64,000 nucleotides of DNA from Candidatus Versatilivorator sp. (GCA_965207735.1 OZ242296.1:3008001-3072000), one strand, 5' to 3'; positions 51,501-61,046 are shown, numbered from the stretch's first letter. The notes: generated from the sequence alone by a model not told the origin. A program made the numbers and translations.

Positions 51501-53103
51501 GTTTCGGTCGCTGGAATCCCGGATGGACGACGCCGACCTGGCGCCGGCCGGGAAAGACCGCCTGGCCCGGCGGCTGGCGCAAATCGCGGCTACCTTTTAC
51601 AACACCTCCGGCGGCGATGGCGGCCCCGGGCAGATGGGATACATCACCCCGGGCGCCGGTGAAATGATGGGGAAAGCCGTTCTGCACTACTGGGATGCGG
51701 AGCAACAGGGGAATGGCTCCCAGGGAACCCGCCTGGCCCTGGAGGCGTCGGCCGGCATCCCCTACCCGGACTTGCAGGACCGTCTGATGAGTTTCGCCAC
51801 CGAAGGGCCCGAGGAGCTGCGAACCCTGGCCGCGGCTGCCCTGGCCGATCCCAGCGCCGTCACCCTGCCGGCGACGCAGGAACTGATCCATCCGATGGTG
51901 GAGCAGATTCATCGGGGGGCCCTGGACTATGACCGCCGCAAGACGCTGGCGGAGCCGGTGATCAAGCTGCTGAGCCGGGCCGGCTGGACCGTACCCGAGA
52001 CCCTGGAGCAACAGCAGATCCTCTATTCGTTGTTGGTGCCCTCCTACCAGGCCCCACCCGACTCGGAGTCGTTGCGGGAAATTGTCCAGGCAGCCGAGGA
52101 CGCGGTGCGAAGGGAGGATCCGTTAACCCCAGACTGGTTCATTGCCGATCGGATGGGGAAGATGCTGGCGGCCAACCCCGACTTCCAGACCCCGTTTCTG
52201 GCGCGGCTTTTTCCCGAAGCGGTCAGGAACCCCATGCAAGCTCATTTCTGGCTCCCCAACATCGATTGGCTCTCCACCTTCCAGGACGAGGTGCCGGTGG
52301 TGAGGTCGGCTCCGGCGGACGGCGAGGAGTCCTCCGGCCTGCCGCAGGAATTGCTGGAGGCCCGAGTCCGGGCGCGGGCACTGCTGCTGCAGCTTCTGCA
52401 GGTCGAGACTCCCGAGTTGAGCCGGCGAACGGCTGTCAAACTCTCCTATCTGACCCGCTATCGCCAGGACCCGGCCATTTTGGCAGCCTTGAAGGCCCTG
52501 GTCGACTCGGAAACCAACGAGAAAATCAAAGAGGCTGCCCGCAACGTTCTGCGTTCGGAGCCGGATGTCTGGATGGCGGATCTCCGGGAGGCGGTCGGGA
52601 ATGAGCCCATGGCGGAGCGGTTGGGGCTCAGGGAGGGCGCGTCGCTTCCGGAGGAGTTTCTGGCCAGCTTTCGCTTTTTCCAGGACCACCTGGCTCCGGA
52701 ACTCAACCGACCGCAGCGCCACGACCAGATGGCCTGCATGAGCTGTCATGGAGTGCCCGGACGGGTACCGTCCATGGAGTTGGCACGCCCTGACGGCAAC
52801 GGCTACCTTTCCACTGCCAAAATGCTGAAAAACTACCTGATCCTGCAGGAGCGGGTGGATCCGGACAATCTCGAGAAGAGCAAGCTGCTGCGCAAGCCTC
52901 TCAACATTCAGACGGTCAAGGAGGATGGCCATCAGGGAGGCAGGCGCTATACCCCATCCGACCGCGGGTATCGGATCCTGCGGCAGTGGGCGCTGGATCT
53001 GCCTGGTGTTCTGCCTCAGGTACAGGCAAGGGGTGGCGGACCGACCCAGGCTCAGGAAGCCGCCGAGCCTGAAAGCGAGCCCGAGGACACTTCCAATCCC
53101 TAA
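48517..53103 (+). CDS. 1528-aa secreted multidomain protein: PPC-like domain, two CxxCH, QW-like motifs, HEAT repeats
   Basis: Signal peptide; EQEPNDT; CMSCH x2; IQNPDGSWG and MQKPYGLW; HEAT-like DPVKMVRDAAAWA, DPHPGVRAWAA. Confidence 0.8.
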   Translation: MAKLSIGKCGACCLAAVLALLGVFSGRAGRVSADTGADRVEVSLQSDSRWERTFNLGRGEVREISVAVSRPSSLPPNGRVAVSWQLKNPNGTDGEDLSRASSGSEKGGRKPDAFDIYTRPTAHWRKVLHALDPDVFLIYRAPVSGRYVLSLAPVIDEDPVFGGPRWREPGTAPQVAAFPRHTPWPTGARVSMLARVKPLDLEGPPGLHFHFEQEPNDTPEQAQPIPLPEGEGVQRVLVTAGADDVEYFDNGRVGRSGDDWFRLEFTGTEPRLLTCNLTLPDHTLAARLRFYALPDPTSRARPAPDEPFRDPADPAPDEMALLPLVEYTRGRNDNERVHQQSEDHRSEINRLLQPGGVYFLRAEANAPGYEIELRLLQPAPYRDPRMAVRQGLYDHLAQVDSWLTNRPRGASVERRIRDTGNLLGTHCMSCHTQAGVWGSAVPVENGYPVENVQNFRRLVNVMYESLRPTNYLKEAANNTSLAPLDVGDGPAGTRVAGHNVCTAERALPPRKLHSKQLVRAANHVLQTADPGGINAAGPGSNVGKSVVFSYAGEILRTAWDRTGHPRYFAGVEEKALKLLEVQPKYSDDLSHRIEFFRRFFPQDYLEASRKVHSVQQGLPPRPARIEPPPTTDESEEELPPAEFPDYELLSEEAALDLWQRIQGQVAEDEKHLRAIQNPDGSWGFDPGKPLPDGAGWKTDGESDPAPTALALIALESLGHGAGDPAVDSGVRALLGMQKPYGLWNKSAKTGFVTTAYVLHALSRLFPVSPEEPPRQRFEFTPEDSLRTTLAKVRDLSHSEDPELADLMVRAAAHHSPLVRYWGVMGLGGIHGKHGVDALIAAMGDPVKMVRDAAAWAMEQTLLDDRGFEELFEAYETGNDRVRETVLKALGMRADAVLTRPGFDQSRLTRLLAGALTRDPHPGVRAWAAKAAWQWWVWNPPLRPAIQQAWLSKLAAPETEALVEQCLRYQSHALFIANGHKANSSKIHQYPELTSLFRSLESRMDDADLAPAGKDRLARRLAQIAATFYNTSGGDGGPGQMGYITPGAGEMMGKAVLHYWDAEQQGNGSQGTRLALEASAGIPYPDLQDRLMSFATEGPEELRTLAAAALADPSAVTLPATQELIHPMVEQIHRGALDYDRRKTLAEPVIKLLSRAGWTVPETLEQQQILYSLLVPSYQAPPDSESLREIVQAAEDAVRREDPLTPDWFIADRMGKMLAANPDFQTPFLARLFPEAVRNPMQAHFWLPNIDWLSTFQDEVPVVRSAPADGEESSGLPQELLEARVRARALLLQLLQVETPELSRRTAVKLSYLTRYRQDPAILAALKALVDSETNEKIKEAARNVLRSEPDVWMADLREAVGNEPMAERLGLREGASLPEEFLASFRFFQDHLAPELNRPQRHDQMACMSCHGVPGRVPSMELARPDGNGYLSTAKMLKNYLILQERVDPDNLEKSKLLRKPLNIQTVKEDGHQGGRRYTPSDRGYRILRQWALDLPGVLPQVQARGGGPTQAQEAAEPESEPEDTSNP

Positions 53104-55088
53104 AAATGAGGAGAAGCCGTCATGCGGCTGAGTTTGGCGACCTTCCTCGAGGAGGGAGCCGGCGACTCTTCCAGGTAGGTATACCCCCGAAGACCCGACT
53201 CGTAGAAGCGGAGAAGCCGTCCCGACTCCTCCAGCGAGATCTTCTTGTCGCGAACGGCGCGCTCGATGTCCCGGCGCATGAGCGACAGCAGCTCGTCGGT
53301 ATGGTACTCCACGTAGCTGAGCACGTCTTTGACCCGGTCTCCCTTGACCACGTGGTCCACCCGTACCTCGCCGCTCGGTTCCAGGCTCACGTGGACGGCA
53401 TTGGTGTCCCCCAGCAGATTGTGCATGTCCCCCAGAATCTCCTGATAGGCCCCCACCAGAAACACCGCCAGGTAGTAGGGTTTCCCCGTAAAGGAGTGGA
53501 GCGGGAGGACCGGCCTGACACCCTGGGAATCGATGAAGCGGTCCACCCGTCCGTCGGAGTCGCAGGTGATATCCGCCAGGATGGCCCGCCGGGTCGGTTC
53601 CTGGTTCAGGCGGTGAATGGGTGTGATGGGGAAGAGATGGTCGATGGCCCAACTGTCCGGCATCGACTGGAAGATGGAATAGTTGCAGAAATAGGTGTCG
53701 GAGATAAGGGCTTCCAGGTTGCTGACCTCCTCGGGCACGTGGTCCAGGTTGCGAACGATCCCCAGCAGGGCGCGGCAGATGGACCAGTAGAGGCTCTCGC
53801 TGATGCTGCGCTGCTCCAGGCTGAGGTACCCCAGGTTGAAGAGGTTGAGGATGTCCTCCCGGAGCTGAACCGCGTCGTGATAGGCCTCCAGAAAGTTTTG
53901 CCCGCTAAGGTTGTGGGCGATCCAGTGGAGGTCCGACAGAGGTTGGGGAGAATCCTGCGGCAGCGACTCGGGGATGCGGAATCCCTCGAACCCCGACACC
54001 CCCAGCACGTTGAAGACCAGGACGCTGTGATAGGCCACCACGGCCCGGCCCGACTCCGAGACGATGGTGGGGTGGGGGACTCCGGCCTCGTCGCAGACCG
54101 ACTTGAGGCGGAAGACGATATCGTTGGCGTACTCCTGGAGGGTGTAGTTCACCGAGGACTCGAAGCTGGACTGGGAGCCGTCATAGTCGATCCCCAGCCC
54201 CCCGCCCACATCCAGCATTTCCAGGCCGGCTCCGGCCTGGATCAACTCCGCGTAGACTCGCGCCGCCTCGGTGATGGCTTCCTTGATCTTTCGAATGTTG
54301 GTCACCTGGCTGCCCATGTGGAAGTGCAGCAGACGCAGGCAGTCGGCCATATCCCGCTCACCCAGGTATCGGAGCGCCTCCACCACCTCGGTAGCCGTCA
54401 ATCCGAACTTGGAGCGATAGCCGGCCGATGACTCCCAGCGACCGGCCCCTCGGCTGGCCAGCTTCACCCGCACTCCGATTCGCGGCTTCACCCGAAGCTT
54501 GTCCGCGTACTTGACGATGAGCTCCAGCTCGGTGAAGCGTTCCACCACCGGAATGACCTTCTTGCCGATCTTTTGGGCCAGCATGACCGTCTCGATGAAT
54601 TCGTCGTCCTTGAACCCGTTGCAGACAATGGGAACGTCCCTGCCGTGAGTGACGGCCAGAACGGCCAGCAGCTCCGGCTTGGAGCCGGCTTCCAGTCCCA
54701 CCTGGTATTCCCGGCCGAAGTCCAGGATTTCCTGCACCACGTGCCGCTGCTGGTTCACCTTGATGGGGTAGACGCAGCGATAGGCGCCCTCGTACTCGAA
54801 CTCGTCGATGGCCTTCTCGAACGCCTGGTGAATCTCGGCGAGTCGATGCCGGAGGATGTCGGTGAACCGAATCAGGATGGGCAGCGAAATGCCGCGGGTC
54901 AGCAACTGGTCCGTCAGGCTCTTGAGGTCGATGGACCGACCGGGGTCCTTGTCGGGGTGAACGGTAATGTGCCCTTTCCGGTTGATGGAAAAGTAGCCCT
55001 GTCCCCATTTCGCGATGTGGTAGGCGTCCAGGGAATCCTGAATGGTCCAGCGCTTGACCGGCTCCACCCGTGGTTGCAGCTTGGGCAT
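53100..55088 (-). CDS. speA: Biosynthetic arginine decarboxylase
   Basis: VYPIKVNQ PLP lysine, EAGSKPEL, HFHMGSQ, DVGGGLG, DITCDSDG. Confidence 0.97.
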   Translation of the reverse strand: MPKLQPRVEPVKRWTIQDSLDAYHIAKWGQGYFSINRKGHITVHPDKDPGRSIDLKSLTDQLLTRGISLPILIRFTDILRHRLAEIHQAFEKAIDEFEYEGAYRCVYPIKVNQQRHVVQEILDFGREYQVGLEAGSKPELLAVLAVTHGRDVPIVCNGFKDDEFIETVMLAQKIGKKVIPVVERFTELELIVKYADKLRVKPRIGVRVKLASRGAGRWESSAGYRSKFGLTATEVVEALRYLGERDMADCLRLLHFHMGSQVTNIRKIKEAITEAARVYAELIQAGAGLEMLDVGGGLGIDYDGSQSSFESSVNYTLQEYANDIVFRLKSVCDEAGVPHPTIVSESGRAVVAYHSVLVFNVLGVSGFEGFRIPESLPQDSPQPLSDLHWIAHNLSGQNFLEAYHDAVQLREDILNLFNLGYLSLEQRSISESLYWSICRALLGIVRNLDHVPEEVSNLEALISDTYFCNYSIFQSMPDSWAIDHLFPITPIHRLNQEPTRRAILADITCDSDGRVDRFIDSQGVRPVLPLHSFTGKPYYLAVFLVGAYQEILGDMHNLLGDTNAVHVSLEPSGEVRVDHVVKGDRVKDVLSYVEYHTDELLSLMRRDIERAVRDKKISLEESGRLLRFYESGLRGYTYLEESPAPSSRKVAKLSRMTASPHF

Positions 55089-55174
55089 GAGGTCTCCTCG
55101 GAGGGACCGGCCTGTTTCCAGATCCCCCGATGCCATTTAAGAACGCATTGAATCCGGCGGCAACAAAAAAGGAC

Positions 55175-56035
55175 TCAGTTGACGAGCTCGTCCAGTCCCA
55201 GGGCTACCATGAGCAGAATACTGACGTAACCGTTGACCGTGAAGAAGGCGGCATTGACCCGGGTGAGGTCATTGGGGCGAACCAGTCGGTGCTCGTGCCA
55301 CAGCAATCCGGCCACCAGCAGGATGCCGAGCAGGCTGATCCAGCCGAGACCTTGAACCCGAACCAGGGCCAGCAGGGCCAGAAGCATGCCGATGTGCAGC
55401 CAGCGGGACACCCTCAGCCCCCGTTCGACGCCGTAACCCTCGGGGATGGAAAAGAGGGCTTGCCGGCGATCGAAGTCCACATCCTGACAGGCGTAGATGA
55501 TGTCGAACCCGGCTGTCCAGAGCAGTACCGCCAGGCCCAGGAGCAGGGGCGGCCAGCCGATCTCGCCGCGCACGGCAATCCAGGAGCCCAGCGGGGCCAG
55601 CCCCAGACAGAACCCCAGGTAGAGATGGGAGAGCCGGGTGAACCGCTTGGTGTAGGAGTAGAGGAGCAGAAAGAGCAGTACCGGGAAGGACAGGCGGAAG
55701 CAGAGCGGGTTGAGCTGGTAGGCCGCCAGGACGAAAACGGATGCCGAGGCCAGGGTGAAGACGGTGACGAACAATCGACTGAGGTGCCCGGCAGGCAGGG
55801 CCCGGCTGTTGGTCCGGGGATTCAAGGCGTCGATCCGAACGTCCGCCAGCCGGTTGAAGGCCATGGCCACGCTGCGGGCTCCCACCATGGCCACCACGAT
55901 CCACAGAACCTTGCGGCCGCCGGGCCATCCCTCTGCCGCCAGCAGCGCGCTCAGCAGGGCAAAGGGGAGCGCAAAGACCGTGTGCTCGAACTTGATCATG
56001 TCCAGGGTGATCTTTGTGCTGGAGAAAAGGCTCAT
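55175..56035 (-). CDS. UbiA-family polyprenyltransferase (MqnP-like)
   Basis: [29 protein letters not shown]. Confidence 0.9.
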   Translation of the reverse strand: MSLFSSTKITLDMIKFEHTVFALPFALLSALLAAEGWPGGRKVLWIVVAMVGARSVAMAFNRLADVRIDALNPRTNSRALPAGHLSRLFVTVFTLASASVFVLAAYQLNPLCFRLSFPVLLFLLLYSYTKRFTRLSHLYLGFCLGLAPLGSWIAVRGEIGWPPLLLGLAVLLWTAGFDIIYACQDVDFDRRQALFSIPEGYGVERGLRVSRWLHIGMLLALLALVRVQGLGWISLLGILLVAGLLWHEHRLVRPNDLTRVNAAFFTVNGYVSILLMVALGLDELVN

Positions 56036-56118
56036 GTCAGCTTGATGTTCGACGAGCGAGCAACGATGGCGGGAGGGCTCTTCGGCCGGAGACGGAAAGA
56101 GAGAATTCCGGCCAACCC

Positions 56119-56730
56119 TCAACCCCCTTTGTCTCCCGTCCAGCGGAAGGCCGCTTCCGGGTTCAGCCCCAGGTGCTGCATCACCCGGTAGAGAAACTGG
56201 TCGATGATCCCCTCGAGGGTGGTATCTCCATGGTAAAAGGAGGGAGTGGCCGAAAACACCACCGCCCCCGCCAGGGTTGCCAGACGCATGTTCTCCAGGT
56301 GGATGAGATTGAAGGGGGTGTCCCGAACCACCAGCACCAGCTTGCGTCTCTCCTTGAGCATGACATCGGCGGCGCGCTGAATCAGGTTCCGGGAGATGCC
56401 GTGGGCAATGCTGCCCAGGGTTCCCATGCTGCAGGGAACGACCGCCATGGAGTCTACCGGGTGGGATCCGCTGGCGATCTTGGCCCCGATATCGTCGTTG
56501 CTGAGCACCTCGATCTTGCGGTGATGGCTCCCCGCCAGCTTCTCGCCCAGGTTACTAAGAGTGAGGGGTCTGAGATCCAGCTCATCGTTGAGGACGCGCA
56601 GGGCGGCTCCGGAAACAACCAGGTTGATGCGGGAAACAGCCGGCTCGGCGGCCAGCAGGTTCAGCAGGCGATAGGGATAAATGGCTCCGCTGGCTCCCGT
56701 GATGGCGAGGGTGATCTCCAAGTCTTTCAT
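56119..56730 (-). CDS. ubiX: Flavin prenyltransferase UbiX
   Basis: ITGASG, IASGS, PCSMGT, RAADV.LKERR. Confidence 0.93.
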   Translation of the reverse strand: MKDLEITLAITGASGAIYPYRLLNLLAAEPAVSRINLVVSGAALRVLNDELDLRPLTLSNLGEKLAGSHHRKIEVLSNDDIGAKIASGSHPVDSMAVVPCSMGTLGSIAHGISRNLIQRAADVMLKERRKLVLVVRDTPFNLIHLENMRLATLAGAVVFSATPSFYHGDTTLEGIIDQFLYRVMQHLGLNPEAAFRWTGDKGG

Positions 56731-57037
56731 ACCCGGTGGGTCGTGGAGTGCATGGGTCCTTCGGACCAGGGTTCCGAGACAGGATACTCGGACCTGCAAC
56801 TTCCCTTCAATGGTACATCAACTCCTGAATCGTCGGCCAGCCGCCGTTTGTCAGCGGGTCTCCGGGCACGAATCGCGGTTCGAAGGCTGCACCGGGAATC
56901 TGCTTGACTTCCGTCGATTGCTGATTTCTGATTGTCGATTGAAGAATTGCCACAAGGGACTTTGCTTCAAATCCAAAATTCGAGATCTGAAGACCTTGGC
57001 TCATCTGTCAATGTCGTTTCGACTCAAAGCGGGCTAG

Positions 57038-58149
57038 CCCGCATTTCTCACCAGGGGGCATGATCATGGCGCAGGATTTTTCCCTTCAGCGCGTGCTCGC
57101 GACCGAAGAGCGTAGCGGTCACTACGCGCGAGGGAGCATGTGCGCGCTGAAGGGAAAAAGACAAGCCAAGGCATGCCCAGCGCGGTCTGTTACCCGAAAG
57201 CCCTTCCCATGGAGCCAATCAAAGTACTGAAGATAAACTACTTGTCGTCATGGCACCAGCGGCCTGGGTAGAGTCGAGGACTGGCGCGTTGACTATAGGG
57301 TCCGGTGGCTATTCCGTCGCTTTCGCTTCGGGCCTCAGTCCGGCTCCCTTATCACGTTTCCAGTCCCCGCTCTCCGAACCGGACGTGCGGTTTTCCCGCA
57401 TCTCGGCTCTCCAGTGGGATCATGCGTCTCGCACACAGGTCCCCGCTCGCATCCGTGGACGACTCCTATGGGATTGGCACCCGTCCCCCACTCCATCCAC
57501 TTCCGCTCCCGGGTTGCCGCCAGGCCTGTTGATGCCCTGACGACGCCGTCCTCCTCCGACGACCCTTTCACTTTTGCATGTGATGCTTCCGGAGTCTCCG
57601 GCCCTTTTTTGGTCGGGGTTTCAGGCTTTCGCCACTCCCGGGACCCTTCCCCCTTCGGTCACCGCTCCTCACCTGAGGCCCCTTCCCTCCACCGGTATTA
57701 CCCGGCTTCTCCGGTACTACAGGCCTCTCCGCCACCCTGTCGGCCTAGACTGACTCTCGCGAGCTTCCGGTTCGGTGCGTGCCTCACCACCCACAGGGCT
57801 TCCCATGTTGCTGCCTTCTTCCCCTTCCATGCGTGCCAGCGCCACTACCCCGGCGGGTCCAAAGGGGTGCCCGCGTCGCTCGCTTCCCCCTCCGTCTTCG
57901 GCCTTCCCCATTTCTCAGGTGGGTCGGCCCCCGCATTGCCCGTTTCGAGGCCTGCTCGACGTTCACTCGCGTTCCGGCCCGCATGCTCGCTGAACCGCCT
58001 TAAGCGGCCCTTTGACACCAGAGGGCTTCAGACCATATCGTTACCTCCATGATCCGCCCTGGCTGCTACCAACCGGAGCGACAGTTGTTGGACGGGTTTC
58101 GCACCCGTTGGAAGAAGGCGCCTTTCCATGGCGCACTGAGAAATGCGGG
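57038..58149. mobile_element. 243-bp hairpin MITE (CTAG flanks) interrupted by a group II intron
   Basis: Left TIR CCCGCATTTCTCACCAGG; right TIR is a perfect 18-bp match once 57268-58136 is removed; CTAG on both sides. Confidence 0.85.
57268..58136 (-). ncRNA. ORF-less group II intron (IIB-like, probably bacterial class E/F)
   Basis: 5' GTGCGC, 3' CTCGACTCTAC; domain V GAGCCGAGATGCGGGAAAACCGCACGTCCGGTTC; domain III-like GTAGTACCGGAGAAGCCGGGTAA; no RT ORF. Confidence 0.93.
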
Positions 58150-58174
58150 CTAGCTATCTGGCCGGAGACTTCCC

Positions 58175-58921
58175 ATGAATGAAAAGACCCTCAGAAACCT
58201 GCTGGAGGAGATCAAGGGTGGCAAGCTCTCGGTCGACCAGGGGCTGGAGCAGTTGCGGCACCTGCCTTTCGAGGACCTGGGATTCGCCAAGATCGATCAC
58301 CACCGCTCCCTCCGCCAGGGGTTTGCCGAGGTGGTGTTCGGACAGGGCAAGACGGCGGACCAGATCGAGACCATCGTCAAGCGGATGCTTCCCCACAAGC
58401 ACAACATCCTGGTGACTCGCAGCCAGGAGGAGGTCTTCGGGCGAATCCGGTCCCTGTCTCCCAAGGCCCGCTTCCACCGGGAGTCCGGGACAATTGTGAT
58501 TCTGCAGGACGAGGAGATTCGAGGCAAGGGAACCATTCTGGTGGTTTCGGCGGGAACCGCCGACATCCCGGTGGCCCAGGAAGCGGTGGTGACCGCCCAG
58601 GCCATGGGAAATCGCGTGGAGACCCTCTACGACGTGGGGGTGGCCGGCATCCACCGCTTGCTGGACGCTCGCGAAAAGCTCCTGGCGGCTCGAGTGGTGA
58701 TCGTGGCTGCCGGCATGGAGGGAGCTCTCCCCAGCGTGGTCGGCGGACTGGTCTCGGCGCCGGTGGTGGCGGTGCCCACCAGCGTCGGATACGGCGCCAG
58801 CTTCGGCGGGGTGGCGGCCTTATTGGGAATGCTCAACAGTTGTGCCTCCAACGTGAGCGTGGTCAACATCGACAATGGGTATGGGGCGGGATTTGTGGCC
58901 AGTCTCATCAACCGTTTGTGA
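58175..58921 (+). CDS. larB: Nickel-pincer cofactor biosynthesis protein LarB
   Basis: [40 protein letters not shown]. Confidence 0.93.
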   Translation: MNEKTLRNLLEEIKGGKLSVDQGLEQLRHLPFEDLGFAKIDHHRSLRQGFAEVVFGQGKTADQIETIVKRMLPHKHNILVTRSQEEVFGRIRSLSPKARFHRESGTIVILQDEEIRGKGTILVVSAGTADIPVAQEAVVTAQAMGNRVETLYDVGVAGIHRLLDAREKLLAARVVIVAAGMEGALPSVVGGLVSAPVVAVPTSVGYGASFGGVAALLGMLNSCASNVSVVNIDNGYGAGFVASLINRL

Positions 58922-59011
58922 ACCGATGGCCTTTCGATGACCAGCTGCGGCTTGAGTCCCCTGAGGGCTTTTGCTATTCTCTGATTGCCGGTCACCAAGG
59001 AAAAACAACAC

Positions 59012-59761
59012 ATGTCGGGACATTCCAAATGGCATAGCATCAGGCACAAGAAAGGTGCGGCCGATGCCAGGCGGGGCAAGCTGTTCACCAACCTGATCAA
59101 GGAAATCACCGTGGCCGCGCGGCTGGGCGGCGGGGACCCGGACGGCAACCCCAGGCTCCGGGCGGCCATGGCGGCGGCCAAGTCCGCCAACATGCCCGGG
59201 GAGAACATCAAGCGGGCCGTGCAGAAGGGAACGGGCGAGCTGCCGGGGCTCAGCTACGAAGACGCGGTCTACGAGGGCTACGGCCCCGGCGGCGTGGCCA
59301 TCCTGGTCGAGGCCGTGACCGACAACAAGAACCGGACCGTGTCGGATATCCGCCACGTCTTTTCCAAATTCGGGGGCAACCTGGGGCAGTCGGGGTGTGT
59401 GGCCCATCTGTTCCAAAGACAGGGCTTGATTCTCATCGACAAGTCCAGCACCAGCGAAGACGACTTGATGTCGGTGGCTCTGGAGGCCGGAGCCGAGGAT
59501 ATGAGGGAAGCGGGCGAGGTTTACGAAATCTACACCTCACCGCAGGACTATGACGCGGTGCTGGAGGAGATCCGGCGTCACAACCTGGAGGTGGCGTCGG
59601 CTGACCTTTCCATGATCCCCCAGACCACCATGCAGCTTGCGGGGAAGCCGGCCCAGCAGATGCTGCGGCTGATGGAATCGTTGGAAGACCACGACGACGT
59701 GCAAAAGGTCTTCGCCAACTTCGACATCGAGGATGCGGAACTGGAGGCTGCCGCCTCGTAG
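59012..59761 (+). CDS. yebC: YebC/PmpR family protein
   Basis: MSGHSKW, YEGYGPGG, TDNKNRT, DDVQKV. Confidence 0.97.
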   Translation: MSGHSKWHSIRHKKGAADARRGKLFTNLIKEITVAARLGGGDPDGNPRLRAAMAAAKSANMPGENIKRAVQKGTGELPGLSYEDAVYEGYGPGGVAILVEAVTDNKNRTVSDIRHVFSKFGGNLGQSGCVAHLFQRQGLILIDKSSTSEDDLMSVALEAGAEDMREAGEVYEIYTSPQDYDAVLEEIRRHNLEVASADLSMIPQTTMQLAGKPAQQMLRLMESLEDHDDVQKVFANFDIEDAELEAAAS

Positions 59762-59848
59762 GGCGACACCGGGACCGTGGCGTGGATAAATCCTGGAAGA
59801 ACCGCCGGTGGATGGTTTGCCGGAAGATGCCGGCGACCACGGGGTCCC

Positions 59849-60379
59849 ATGAGAGTTTTGGGTATCGATTGCGGTTCACGGTCGACCGGATACGGCATTA
59901 TCGACAGTGAGGGAGGGCGTCAGCAGCCGGTCGTCTTCGGGGCCATTTCTCTTCCCGCCAAACACTCCCTTGGCACTCGGCTGGTGACCGTTCACCAGCG
60001 GCTTCGCCAACTCATCGACTCCTACACCCCTCAGGTTGCTGCTGTAGAGGACCAGTTCTATCTCACCAACTTCAAGAGCGTCATGAAGCTCGGCCAGGTC
60101 AAGGGTGTGGTGATCTGCACGACGGTCCTGGCGGGCATTCCCATCGTGGAGTACAGTCCCTTGGAGATCAAGAACGCCGTCACCGGATATGGCCGGGCGG
60201 ACAAGCAGCAGGTTCAGGCCATGGTCGGACGGCTGCTGGGACTGGCCAGCCCCCCCAAGCCCCACGACGCGGCCGATGCACTGGCTCTGGCCCTGTGTCA
60301 TGCTCAGGTCATGACCACTGAAAGCCGCATCAGGAGAGGGATCTCCAAGACCAATGTTCCCCTTTCCCCCCGAAGCTGA
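59849..60379 (+). CDS. ruvC: Holliday junction resolvase RuvC
   Basis: LGID.G, VE, EYSP..IK.AVTGYG.ADK, DAADALA. Confidence 0.95.
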   Translation: MRVLGIDCGSRSTGYGIIDSEGGRQQPVVFGAISLPAKHSLGTRLVTVHQRLRQLIDSYTPQVAAVEDQFYLTNFKSVMKLGQVKGVVICTTVLAGIPIVEYSPLEIKNAVTGYGRADKQQVQAMVGRLLGLASPPKPHDAADALALALCHAQVMTTESRIRRGISKTNVPLSPRS

Positions 60380-60383
60380 GTCC

Positions 60384-61046
60384 ATGCGCCCGTCCCGAGT
60401 CCATTCAGCCTGGCTGCTGTCGCTCGCACTGCTCCTTTTGTCCGACGGTTTGAGCGGCGCCGGACAGCCCACTCGTGTGTTCTGGCAAAAGGACTACTCC
60501 CGGGGCAGGACCGAGTTGCACCGCATTGAAGTGGAGACGGATGGAAAGACCCGGTACGTGCTGAGACTGGGAGGCGGAGAGCCGGTGGAGGTGGATTTTC
60601 AGCTCAAGTCCCACATTCTCCAACGCCTCCTGGATATGTTCGTCCAGGCCGACTTTCTGAACCGGGACAAGAACTTCGTGAGCTCACGGCGGGTGGCCGA
60701 TACCGGAACGCGCACCATACGCCTGGTGAGCGGCCCCCAAACGCGCGAAGTGGTGTTTCGGCACACCGAGGACAAGACCTTTCGCAAGATCGTGACTTTT
60801 TTCGATCACCTCTCCGCTCAGGAGAGATTCCTCCTCGATTTGAAGCTGACCTTGAAGCACGACCGGCTGGGGATTCCCAGGAAATTGGATCTACTGCGAG
60901 GATTCCTGGACAGAAAAACAATTGTGGATCCCCAACGGTTCTCGCCCATCCTGAAGAGAATTTCCCAGGACACCTCCTTGATGAACCTGGCCCGCAAGAC
61001 CGCCCGAAGACTCCTCAGACAAATCGACCGCCGTCCCTCCGGCTAG
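60384..61046 (+). CDS. Secreted hypothetical protein
   Basis: Signal peptide; directly follows ruvC on the same strand. Confidence 0.65.
   Translation: MRPSRVHSAWLLSLALLLLSDGLSGAGQPTRVFWQKDYSRGRTELHRIEVETDGKTRYVLRLGGGEPVEVDFQLKSHILQRLLDMFVQADFLNRDKNFVSSRRVADTGTRTIRLVSGPQTREVVFRHTEDKTFRKIVTFFDHLSAQERFLLDLKLTLKHDRLGIPRKLDLLRGFLDRKTIVDPQRFSPILKRISQDTSLMNLARKTARRLLRQIDRRPSG

Noticed and set aside
57250-58052. Short ORFs inside the intron as an intron-encoded protein
   Set aside because: No RT (YADD), maturase or nuclease motifs; they are translations of structured RNA
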